Source of the DNA: a virus
Taxonomy: Duplodnaviria; Caudoviricetes
Virus record (IMG/VR): IMGVR_UViG_3300031813_000669
Coordinates: 9,058-73,057 of that record
DNA: 64,000 nt
Reading direction: 5' to 3' (one strand)
Shown here: piece after piece, positions 18,410-26,071 of the stretch
Numbering within the stretch: position 1 is the stretch's first letter
Layout: every line of letters starts with the position of its first letter
Notes under the pieces: generated by a model
The model's database searches: none
Seen by the model: only the letters and a program-made list of their open reading frames with translations
Told to the model about the DNA's origin: nothing
Made by a program: the position numbers and the translations under genes

Positions 18410-18911
18410 AAAAATGATATTGGATATTTCATTGTCAGAATTGAACAGTGAACTACAGTATGAAAAAGAAGGATTTTTCACCCGAAAAAACTCAAAAGGT
18501 GGAAAAATTATAGGTTCCAGAGCAGGAAATATTGATAGAAATGGTTATGTACACGTTTCCATCAATAAAAGAAGGTATCTAGAACATCGATTGGTTTGGT
18601 TGTATCACCACGGTTATTTACCAGATAACTTTATCGACCATATCAATAGAAATCCTTCTGACAATAGAATAGAAAATCTCAGAATTTGCCCAAATAATCA
18701 TAGACAAAATGCACAAAATACTGGCAAATTTTCACATAATACATCTGGACATAAAGGTGTAGGTTGGTCTCCAGGAAAAGGTAAGTGGAGAGCAGTAATT
18801 GGTGTTAAAGGTAAGAGTATACATTTGGGTTATTTCAAAGATAAAGTGAGTGCAATACAAGCTAGGAAAATTGCCGAAAAGCAATTCTTTGAATTTAGTG
18901 AAGAGGATTAA
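18378..18911 (+). CDS. HNH homing endonuclease with AP2 DNA-binding domain
   Basis: HRLVWLYHHG...IDHINRNPSDNRIENLR; NTSGHKGVGW...KWRAVIGVKGK.IHLGYF. Confidence 0.92.
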   Translation: MLDMEQLMPCKKMILDISLSELNSELQYEKEGFFTRKNSKGGKIIGSRAGNIDRNGYVHVSINKRRYLEHRLVWLYHHGYLPDNFIDHINRNPSDNRIENLRICPNNHRQNAQNTGKFSHNTSGHKGVGWSPGKGKWRAVIGVKGKSIHLGYFKDKVSAIQARKIAEKQFFEFSEED

Positions 18912-18914
18912 ATA

Positions 18915-19651
18915 ATGGGTTTCGACCTAATAACAAAGAGAGATTGTCCGCATTGTGGTAAAGAAATTGGTGGAGGTCGTGGTAACCTAAAGACCCACAT
19001 GAAAAAGTGTGCCAAGAAACTTGGTATTCTCGAAGATGTATTTGTACCCGTAAAGGAAATAAAAGGAGAAAATGAAATGAGTCTATTTGTTGAAGTGCAT
19101 TCACTAGAAAAAGGGTGTCAGGTTATTATTAACCTAGATCATGTTATTGAAATTGCACCATTGGTTGCTGGTGGTTGTGCATTGTTTATGACTGATGGTT
19201 CTAATAAGATTTCGATCAATGTGGCTGATTCGTATGAACTATTCAAGCAGTTTGCCATGCAGACCGTTAGCTCAGAAGATATTGCAAGAAAGATTAAGTC
19301 ATTGAAGGGTGCATAATGTCTAGGATCAGTTTTACTTTTAGTGATAGAACGTATGAATCTATTGGTCCAGTGTGTAATGGTGAAAAACTTCAAAAACCAA
19401 AGAAACCTGAAAAGGTTGTTAATCTTGAAATTGATAATGTAGAATCGATGCACATTGCTGAAATTGTTCATCACTTTGAACAATTCTTGAAGTCTAGTGG
19501 ATATGTTATCTACGGAAATATTCGTGTTGTTAATCCTGGTTTCGAGTCACAACAAGAAAAATATTTTGGTACAATGTGGAAAGAACCTGATACTATTACA
19601 ACTGTAAATGTATCAGCACAAACTCCACAAAATGGTAGATGGCAACTATAG
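18915..19651 (+). CDS. Two hypothetical proteins (18915..19316 with N-terminal Zn-ribbon; 19316..19651)
   Basis: ORF track; CPHC...HMKKC. Confidence 0.6.
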
Positions 19652-19699
19652 TGTTTAGATAAATACCTGATTAATTAACAACTAATTAGGGATTTATAA

Positions 19700-21007
19700 A
19701 TGTTCATATTAGTAATAGACCCATGTGGTTTAACACTTGACTGGTGCCTACGCTGTATTGCAGCTGGGCACACAGTCAAACTTTTCACAGAAGGTAAAAA
19801 AGCAGAACCAATTGGACAGGGACTTGTTGATAAGGTAACCAATTGGAAAAAGTATGTTGATGTTGCTGATTTAATATTTTCTTCCGACAATCTGAAATAC
19901 ATGGATGAAATTGATGACCTTATCAAAAAAGGTTATCCAGTATTTGGTCCAGGTAAAAGAGCCGCAAAACTAGAACTTGATCGTATGTATGGTCAAGACG
20001 TTATCAAAGAATTTGGTGGTCCAATCATACCATCATATCCATTCAAGAATTACGACCAAGCAATTCAATTCATCAAAGATAATCCTAAGAGATATGTTTC
20101 TAAGCCAATAGGTGAAGAAGAAGATAAATCTCTGTCATATGTTGCAAAAGATGAGGCAGATATGATTGGATTCTTATCTAAGAGAAAAGAACTAGGTAAG
20201 GCCGCATCATTTATTCTACAAGAATTCAAACCCGGTGTCGAGGTAGCGGTAACAGGTATTTTCGGACCAGGTGGTTGGGAACCCTATTGGTGTGAAGGAT
20301 TCGAACACAAAAAATTAATGGTTGATGAAAAAGGTCCCAATACAGGTGAAATGGGAACTGTTATTCGTTACACCAAATACTCTAAACTAGCAAATATACT
20401 AATGAAACCAATGGAAGAAACTCTTCATAAGATTGGTTATGTTGGTATGTTAGACGTTAATGTTATTGTTGATGAAAAAGATGGTACACCATGGCCGATG
20501 GAATGGACCGCACGTCCAGGTTACCCGATGTTCAACATCATGTTGTCTCTCCATAAAGGCGATCCTGCCGAATGGATGTTAGATTGTGTCAAAGGTAAAA
20601 ACACTCTGGAAGTTGAGGAGAAGACTGCCGTTGGTGTTGTTATCTGCAACTCTGACTTCCCTTGGGCTAAGAAGCCAATCGAAACCTATCTTGATTTCCC
20701 TATTATCACAGATGATTGTGATATTGACCACGTTCATCCTTGTGAAGTAAAACTATGTACAACCATGAAGATGATTGATGATAAGGTTGTGGAAGATATT
20801 CCAGAATGGGGAACCGCAGGTACCTATGTTTGTGTTTGTACTGGTGTAGCTGATTCTATTACTGAAGCAAAAGATAAGGCTTATAAACAAATTAAAAATG
20901 TTAAAGTAGGAAATGACTACGGTTATCGTACTGATATTGGTGAAAAATGCGAAAAATATCTCAAAAAATTAAAGAAATTTGGTTATTGCACAGGATGGCG
21001 TTTTTAA
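19700..21007 (+). CDS. PurD-like (phosphoribosylamine-glycine ligase-like) ATP-grasp enzyme
   Basis: FGPGKRAAKLELDR, ILQEF..GVEVAV, EHKKL...EKGPNTGEMG, YVGMLDVN, EWTARPGYP. The canonical PurD GSGGREHA N-terminal motif is absent. Confidence 0.75.
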   Translation: MFILVIDPCGLTLDWCLRCIAAGHTVKLFTEGKKAEPIGQGLVDKVTNWKKYVDVADLIFSSDNLKYMDEIDDLIKKGYPVFGPGKRAAKLELDRMYGQDVIKEFGGPIIPSYPFKNYDQAIQFIKDNPKRYVSKPIGEEEDKSLSYVAKDEADMIGFLSKRKELGKAASFILQEFKPGVEVAVTGIFGPGGWEPYWCEGFEHKKLMVDEKGPNTGEMGTVIRYTKYSKLANILMKPMEETLHKIGYVGMLDVNVIVDEKDGTPWPMEWTARPGYPMFNIMLSLHKGDPAEWMLDCVKGKNTLEVEEKTAVGVVICNSDFPWAKKPIETYLDFPIITDDCDIDHVHPCEVKLCTTMKMIDDKVVEDIPEWGTAGTYVCVCTGVADSITEAKDKAYKQIKNVKVGNDYGYRTDIGEKCEKYLKKLKKFGYCTGWRF

Positions 21008-21558
21008 TCAATTTTCTTACATTTCCATCCTTTATATTGATTTAATTTATTTTTTGACACCATATTCATACAACCAACATTTAAATTATTTTCTCTACAA
21101 AACTTCGACATATTTTTTATAATATATGACTTTCCGGCAGGATCAATAATCAACCAATTACATGATTTTGATTCTGCCACTTTCAATATATGATTTTTAT
21201 CTTTTGGTTTACCCTTATTAATACATCCATATCTGTTACCTTTGAAATGTAAGCTTATTTCTTTTTTTCTTTTTTCTGTATGTTTGTAACCAATAGTACT
21301 TTCGCCGCCATCTGTTTTATTGTGTAGAATTCCAGATCCATTATCTTTTCTACCAAACCAACGTATGTAATATCTTTCCATCATCAAAGCTTGGATTTCA
21401 GACAAATCTTGTTTTATAAAGATTATTCTGGATTTGTCTTTCGGAGTGGAAATTCCATGTTTCCTATGACATTTATAGGCTCTATTTTGCTTTCCTTTTC
21501 CAACATAATATGGTGTATAATTTGAACGCAAATATAAATAAACGTAATAAATACTCAT
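21004..21558 (-). CDS. GIY-YIG-like (Seg-type) homing endonuclease
   Basis: YYVYLYLRSNYTPYYVGKGKQNRAY; ERYYIRWFGRKDNGSGILHNKTDGGE; NUMOD-like tail. Confidence 0.88.
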   Translation of the reverse strand: MSIYYVYLYLRSNYTPYYVGKGKQNRAYKCHRKHGISTPKDKSRIIFIKQDLSEIQALMMERYYIRWFGRKDNGSGILHNKTDGGESTIGYKHTEKRKKEISLHFKGNRYGCINKGKPKDKNHILKVAESKSCNWLIIDPAGKSYIIKNMSKFCRENNLNVGCMNMVSKNKLNQYKGWKCKKID

Positions 21559-21624
21559 GCTGATACTCCTGTTTAGTATTAGAATAGGTGGGGATTGCAG
21601 TCCCGTGACCTATATTTATTTATA
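21559..21624 (-). promoter_or_regulatory. Late promoter plus structured endonuclease leader, copy C
   Basis: TATAAATA-AAT-ATAGGT-CAC-GGGA-CTGCAA-TCCC-C-ACCTAT-TCTAATACTAAACAGGAGTATCAGC-ATG. Confidence 0.8.
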
Positions 21625-21628
21625 GCAC

Positions 21629-21657
21629 TTGACTTAACGACTCATGTATGTTACAAT
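21629..21657 (+). promoter_or_regulatory. Early promoter
   Basis: TTGACT-17-TACAAT with TGT extension. Confidence 0.7.
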
Positions 21658-21688
21658 GACCATTCTCATGACTGTTTTATAATACACT

Positions 21689-22258
21689 ATGAATATTTTC
21701 TATCTTGATTCTGACCCAAAAGTTTGTGCTCAAATGCACAATGACAAGCATTGCATTAAAATGATTTTAGAATATGCACAATTACTCTCTACTGCTCACC
21801 GTGTTCTCGATGGCGTTATTACTCAAGGTACTTCTCCGTCTGGAAGAAAGCGAACAACATACAGACTTGCAGACCATCGTGAAAGTGTGCTTTATTCTGC
21901 TACTCATATCAACCACCCTTCCGCTATTTGGGTAAGACAATCTCACAATAATTATATGTGGTTGTCTGAATTATTGATCGAATTGTGTAAAGAATACACA
22001 TATCGTTACGGTAAAGTTCATAAGGTTGAACGTGATGGTCTTTTGAGTCAGTTATTGCATTCACCAGAAAATATCAATCTCAGTAAATCCTTTACAGAAC
22101 CGACTCCAGCTATGCCTGATGAGGTAAAAATTTTAGGTAATTCTATTGAGTCGTATCGTAATTACTATATAAAGAATAAAACTAAACTTGCCTCATGGAA
22201 AGGTAAAGTAAATTCACGTTCAATACCGGAGTGGTATAATGCCAGTTTATCAGTTTAA
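21689..22258 (+). CDS. Pyrimidine-dimer DNA glycosylase (DenV-like) family protein
   Basis: MNIFYLD.DP..CAQMH.DKHC.KMILEYAQLLSTAH; THINHPSAIWVRQS..NY.WL. Confidence 0.8.
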   Translation: MNIFYLDSDPKVCAQMHNDKHCIKMILEYAQLLSTAHRVLDGVITQGTSPSGRKRTTYRLADHRESVLYSATHINHPSAIWVRQSHNNYMWLSELLIELCKEYTYRYGKVHKVERDGLLSQLLHSPENINLSKSFTEPTPAMPDEVKILGNSIESYRNYYIKNKTKLASWKGKVNSRSIPEWYNASLSV

Positions 22259-22520
22259 AAATGTAAATACAGGTGAAGTAGAAGAACACATGATGAGTTA
22301 TACCAAATTGGATGAGTTTAAGGAACAAAATCCACATTTGGAAAGACACTTTGCACCGGAGAATCTACCAGTCCTTGGTGATAGTATGAGAATGAGTTTA
22401 CCCAAGTATAGTCAAGGTGACCCCGCTTTTGAACATGGTGTAATTGATCGTATTAAAGAATCTGTACCAGGTAATACACTCAAAGACAACCATAAAACAC
22501 AAGGATCTAAGTGGATTTAA
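22239..22520 (+). CDS. FmdB-like small conserved T4-like protein
   Basis: MPVYQFKN..TGE..E..MSY..LDEFKEQNPHL. Confidence 0.7.
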   Translation: MPVYQFKNVNTGEVEEHMMSYTKLDEFKEQNPHLERHFAPENLPVLGDSMRMSLPKYSQGDPAFEHGVIDRIKESVPGNTLKDNHKTQGSKWI

Positions 22521-22547
22521 TTTTCTCAACAACCCAACAGGGATACC

Positions 22548-23249
22548 ATGGCAACAAAAAAAAGAACAGCCGCAGAGGAAGCACAGAAGCAACATTTCTC
22601 AATAAGAAATATTGAGCCATTAACGGAGAATCAAGCAAGAGCATTCGAAGCATACGAAGAAGGTAAAAATCTAGTATTATCAGGGTCAGCTGGTACAGGT
22701 AAAACTTTTCTTGCAATGTCTATGGCATTACGAGAACTGATTAAAAATCCCGGTTCGTATTATAAGAAATTGATTATCATCCGTTCTGCGGTACCATCAA
22801 GGGATTTGGGTTTTGTACCTGGTACATTGGAAGAAAAGTCCAAGATATACCAGGATCCTTATATGAATATAGCTAATGAACTAATTGGGAGAGGCGATGC
22901 CTGGCATTTTTTGGTTAACAAAGAGATTATCGAATTTCAGACTACTTCTTTCTTACGGGGTCTTACTTTTACTGATTGTATCATTATCTTTGATGAGTTT
23001 CAGTCTGCTACATTTCATGAAATTGATACCGTTTTAACTCGTATCGGTGAGAATTGCAGATTCGTTCTATGTGGTGATTTCTGTCAGAATGACCTAAGTA
23101 TTAAAAGAGAAAAGTCTGGTTTTGAAGATGCAATCAGAATTCTACGTCAGATTAATGATGTAAAAGAAGTTAAATTTACTATTGATGATGTTGTTCGTTC
23201 TGGTTTTGTTCGTGAATATTTAAAAGAGAAAGAAAGACAAGGACTATGA
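22548..23249 (+). CDS. phoH: PhoH family ATPase
   Basis: LSGSAGTGKT, RSAVPSRDLGFVPG..EEK, FLRGLTF, DEFQ, GD..QNDL, DVVRSG. Confidence 0.95.
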   Translation: MATKKRTAAEEAQKQHFSIRNIEPLTENQARAFEAYEEGKNLVLSGSAGTGKTFLAMSMALRELIKNPGSYYKKLIIIRSAVPSRDLGFVPGTLEEKSKIYQDPYMNIANELIGRGDAWHFLVNKEIIEFQTTSFLRGLTFTDCIIIFDEFQSATFHEIDTVLTRIGENCRFVLCGDFCQNDLSIKREKSGFEDAIRILRQINDVKEVKFTIDDVVRSGFVREYLKEKERQGL

Positions 23250-23917
23250 AATTTAATTATTGCCCACCTATACAGATTCCTGAACTGGAGTCAGTAACAT
23301 ATCCAGATGGAAAAAGATATTATCTCACCCCAGACGGAGATAAGTTTCCATCAGTTACAACTGTTGTGGGTTCGGTAAAAAAGAAACAGATAATGGAATG
23401 GAGAAAACGTGTTGGTGATGAAGAAGCCAATAGAGTATCCAGAGTAGCATCAAACAGAGGAACAACCGTTCATACCTTGTGTGAACGGTACCTCAATAAT
23501 GAATCTGTTGGTTCTGATGATATTATGCCCGATGCCTTTGCTATGTTTAGGTCAATCAGACCTATTCTTGATGATATTAATAACATTCATTATCAAGAAC
23601 AAGCACTATGGTCCAAATCGTTGGGTCTAGCAGGTCGTGTTGATTGTATTGCAGAATTTAAAGGTCAACTTTCAGTAATCGACTTTAAAACTTCAAACAG
23701 AATCAAACACGAAGAAGATATTGAAGATTATTTCTGGCAATGCACCGCATATGCTTTGATGTATGAAGAACTGGTGGGAATACCTATTCATAATATTCAT
23801 ATCATTATGGCTGTTGAAGGTAGTAAACCAATTGTGTTTAGTAAAAGAACAGAAGATTATATTTCAGGTCTGGTCAAGGTCATCCGAGACTACAACAAGG
23901 GCTTGACAAATTCTTAA
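23246..23917 (+). CDS. Cas4-like PD-(D/E)XK exonuclease (T4-like phage exonuclease A type)
   Basis: PSVTTV, RGTTVH, AGRVDCIA, IDFKTS, YFWQ.TAYA. Confidence 0.9.
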   Translation: MKFNYCPPIQIPELESVTYPDGKRYYLTPDGDKFPSVTTVVGSVKKKQIMEWRKRVGDEEANRVSRVASNRGTTVHTLCERYLNNESVGSDDIMPDAFAMFRSIRPILDDINNIHYQEQALWSKSLGLAGRVDCIAEFKGQLSVIDFKTSNRIKHEEDIEDYFWQCTAYALMYEELVGIPIHNIHIIMAVEGSKPIVFSKRTEDYISGLVKVIRDYNKGLTNS

Positions 23918-23931
23918 TTTTCATATATAAT
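23903..23931 (+). promoter_or_regulatory. Consensus sigma70 promoter
   Basis: Perfect TTGACA-17-TATAAT. Confidence 0.85.
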
Positions 23932-23937
23932 AGTACA

Positions 23938-24069
23938 ATGAAAGTAAAAGAACTCATACAAAAATATTTCGAAGCAATCTTCAACAAAGACTCCCAAAAG
24001 GAAGAAAAGTTGTATAAGAAGATTACCAAGAAGAGTCTGAAAGGTAAAAAGACTCAAAGAATTCGTTGA
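23938..24069 (+). CDS. Small basic hypothetical protein (43 aa), probably leaderless
   Basis: MKVKELIQKYFEAIFNKDSQKEEKLYKKITKKSLKGKKTQRIR; ATG 6 nt after the -10; TGA overlaps the next ATG. Confidence 0.55.
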   Translation: MKVKELIQKYFEAIFNKDSQKEEKLYKKITKKSLKGKKTQRIR

Positions 24070-24713
24070 TGTTGTTGAAAATAATGATACTGGAAATAAA
24101 TGAAAAAGATTTAACCGATATCAAAAGAAAAATTAAATATCTGGTTAATCTCAAAGAAAACTTAATGAAAGAACAAGATATTAGGCTTGTTCAGGATGAT
24201 AAACTTGAGAAAAAACTTAGAGGTAAGGAAAAAGATTACCAATCAATATTGAGATTATATGAATCTAATATTAGTCAAATTTATGAGAAAAAAGATATAA
24301 ATTCTTTTTATGTTTATTTTCATTGTGATCCCAATATACCATTGAATATTAATAAAAATGCAAAAAATTTATTTGCAGCTTCTATAGGATTAACTCATCA
24401 ACCTTTCTATGTTGGTAAAGGAACAGGTGATAGATTCAATGATACTAACAGGAATGATAGTTACGCAAAGAAAAAACAACAGATAAAACAGTCCGACAAA
24501 GAAATTATTATAGTTAAATGGAAAGAGAATTTAACTGAAGATGAATCTTTTTCATATGAATCAAAATTTATTGATATTTTTGGATTAATTTCGTTCAGTC
24601 AATATAATTGGTTGGTCAATTTAGACGAAGGTAAAGATAAAGAAAAAAGAAGAAATCTATATAAGAGAGGTTCAAAAAGAATTTTACTATCGAATAAAAT
24701 GATAGTTAATTAA
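24066..24713 (+). CDS. GIY-YIG-like endonuclease
   Basis: FYVYFHCDP...PFYVGKGTGDR, E..SFSYESKFI..FG, LVN. Confidence 0.8.
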   Translation: MMLLKIMILEINEKDLTDIKRKIKYLVNLKENLMKEQDIRLVQDDKLEKKLRGKEKDYQSILRLYESNISQIYEKKDINSFYVYFHCDPNIPLNINKNAKNLFAASIGLTHQPFYVGKGTGDRFNDTNRNDSYAKKKQQIKQSDKEIIIVKWKENLTEDESFSYESKFIDIFGLISFSQYNWLVNLDEGKDKEKRRNLYKRGSKRILLSNKMIVN

Positions 24714-24715
24714 TC

Positions 24716-24789
24716 TGCCACATATTTCTGTGGCAACTTTATAATGTAGTTGCAGGAAGACAGCGGGGCAGTACCGCTCCACTCCACCA
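24716..24789 (+). ncRNA. ssrA: Permuted tmRNA, acceptor (3') piece
   Basis: GAC-AGCGG-GGCAGTA-CCGCT T-arm, then CCACTCC-ACCA. The 5' boundary is approximate. Confidence 0.88.
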
Positions 24790-24800
24790 AAAGGACATTT

Positions 24801-24962
24801 ATGACAGATTTGGAAATAATAGAAGAAGTCAATCAATGGTTTAGTAAAAATCATCATATGTTCAAAACTGATGAATACTACGGGATTGATATTGTCTGTG
24901 AGTTGTATAAACTTGTCAATAAGTGTGCTTCTGATGGGGTGGAACCAGTATCGATTCGGTAA
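24801..24962 (+). CDS. 53-aa ORF in the tmRNA intervening segment
   Basis: AAGGA SD at 24791-24795, ATG at 24801; MTDLEIIEEVNQWFSKNHHMFKTDEYYGIDIVCELYKLVNKCASDGVEPVSIR. Confidence 0.55.
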   Translation: MTDLEIIEEVNQWFSKNHHMFKTDEYYGIDIVCELYKLVNKCASDGVEPVSIR

Positions 24963-25130
24963 TGAAGTTATAAGGGGATCGGCAAGAATCAGAAGCCGTT
25001 AGGATTGGGGTTACCCGGTCGAAGATGATAAATAAAAGTAATTGCAAACGATAGCGATTATTCTTACGCTCTTGCAGCGTAAGTGAGGTTTCGGTAGGTT
25101 GACCTTATCACAAGAATAACCTACCACTTT
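24936..25130 (+). ncRNA. ssrA: Permuted tmRNA, coding (5') piece with tag ORF 25044..25082
   Basis: GGGGTGG pairs with CCACTCC including G3.U70; pseudoknot CGGC/GCCG plus AATC/GATT; TAATT-GCA resume context; tag ANDSDYSYALAA-stop; second pseudoknot GTGAGG/CCTTAT plus GGTAGGTT/AACCTACC. The 3' end is approximate. Confidence 0.9.
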
Positions 25131-25180
25131 TATCAACAACAGAAGGTAACTACAAATTATTATTTGATTTTGACTCAATC

Positions 25181-25205
25181 GGGAATTTACAACTCCCTGT
25201 TTTTT
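25181..25205 (+). terminator. Possible terminator after the tmRNA precursor
   Basis: GGGA...TCCC hairpin followed by TGTTTTTT. Confidence 0.45.
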
Positions 25206-25314
25206 AAACACTCCAAAAAGTAAAAAAAGCGAAAAAGTCTATTCGTAACTGGAGACCAAGAGTTTTCTGAGAATACTATTCTCTTAAATCTCGTAATCAA
25301 GAGGTAAGAAAACG

Positions 25315-25668
25315 ATGTATTCGAAACATCTAAAACCAAAACTTTTGTCATTAATTTTTCTGGCATTGTTATCAACAAACTTAATGGCACAAACTGGTAC
25401 AGCATCATGGTATGGACATCCACACCATGGTAAAAAAACTGCATCAGGTCAGATATATAATATGCATCATTTGACAGCTGCTCACCGGACAATTAAATTA
25501 GGATCTAAAGTAAAAGTAACCAATTTAAAGAATAAAAAGTCTGTGGTTGTTACAATCAATGATCGGGGACCTTTTGCAAAAGGTCGTATTATTGACCTTT
25601 CTCATGCAGCTAAAACTGCAATTGATATGGATGGTACTGCAAAAGTGAGTTTAGAAATTTTGGATTGA
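25315..25668 (+). CDS. RlpA-like double-psi beta-barrel lytic transglycosylase, exported
   Basis: GTASWYG...TASG..YNM..LTAAHRT; [18 protein letters not shown]; signal peptide. Confidence 0.9.
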   Translation: MYSKHLKPKLLSLIFLALLSTNLMAQTGTASWYGHPHHGKKTASGQIYNMHHLTAAHRTIKLGSKVKVTNLKNKKSVVVTINDRGPFAKGRIIDLSHAAKTAIDMDGTAKVSLEILD

Positions 25669-25843
25669 CACAGAGATCAAACTATGATATCCTTTACTGT
25701 ACATGAATATTGTGAAGATGGTATAATGATAACCAGGCATGAACCTATTGAACCTCCTGTTCAAGGTCTGTCTCCAAATTATACATCTACAATCAAAATG
25801 AAAAAGTCTGAATTGACGCATCTAATTAATATATTGAGTGATT

Positions 25844-26071
25844 ATGTCGAAACCAAGTAAGGATGAAATACAAGAATTTAGTATGATGATTGAGGTTATG
25901 GCATCCGATCTTAAATGTAATAGGTTGGATGCCATTCTTCATCATTGTGAAGAAACTGGTCTTGAAGTTGAAGTGGCCAGCACATTACTATCATCTGCTC
26001 TGAAAGGTAAAATCAGAGAAGAATCTGAACAACAAAATTTGGTAAAGAAATCATCTAAACTGCCAATATGA
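25844..26071 (+). CDS. gp33: Late promoter transcription coactivator
   Basis: FS..IE......DAILH.CEE.GLEVE.ASTLLS.ALK.KI..E....NL.K; directly upstream of gp59. Confidence 0.85.
   Translation: MSKPSKDEIQEFSMMIEVMASDLKCNRLDAILHHCEETGLEVEVASTLLSSALKGKIREESEQQNLVKKSSKLPI

Noticed and set aside
23246-23917. Cas4 as part of a CRISPR-Cas system
   Set aside because: This is a solo PD-(D/E)XK exonuclease in its usual place next to phoH, with no array or other cas genes.
24762-24789. Possible tRNA gene, or a one-piece tmRNA interrupted by the upstream endonuclease
   Set aside because: No D-arm or anticodon arm lies upstream, and the only complementary 5' strand (GGGGTGG) is downstream, which indicates permutation.
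24750-24962. 70-aa ORF from the ORF track starting at TTG 24750
   Set aside because: The start lies inside the tmRNA acceptor piece. ATG 24801 has a proper SD and is preferred.
25011-25492. Minus-strand ORFs of 66 and 101 aa
   Set aside because: They are antisense to tmRNA and rlpA and have no motifs.
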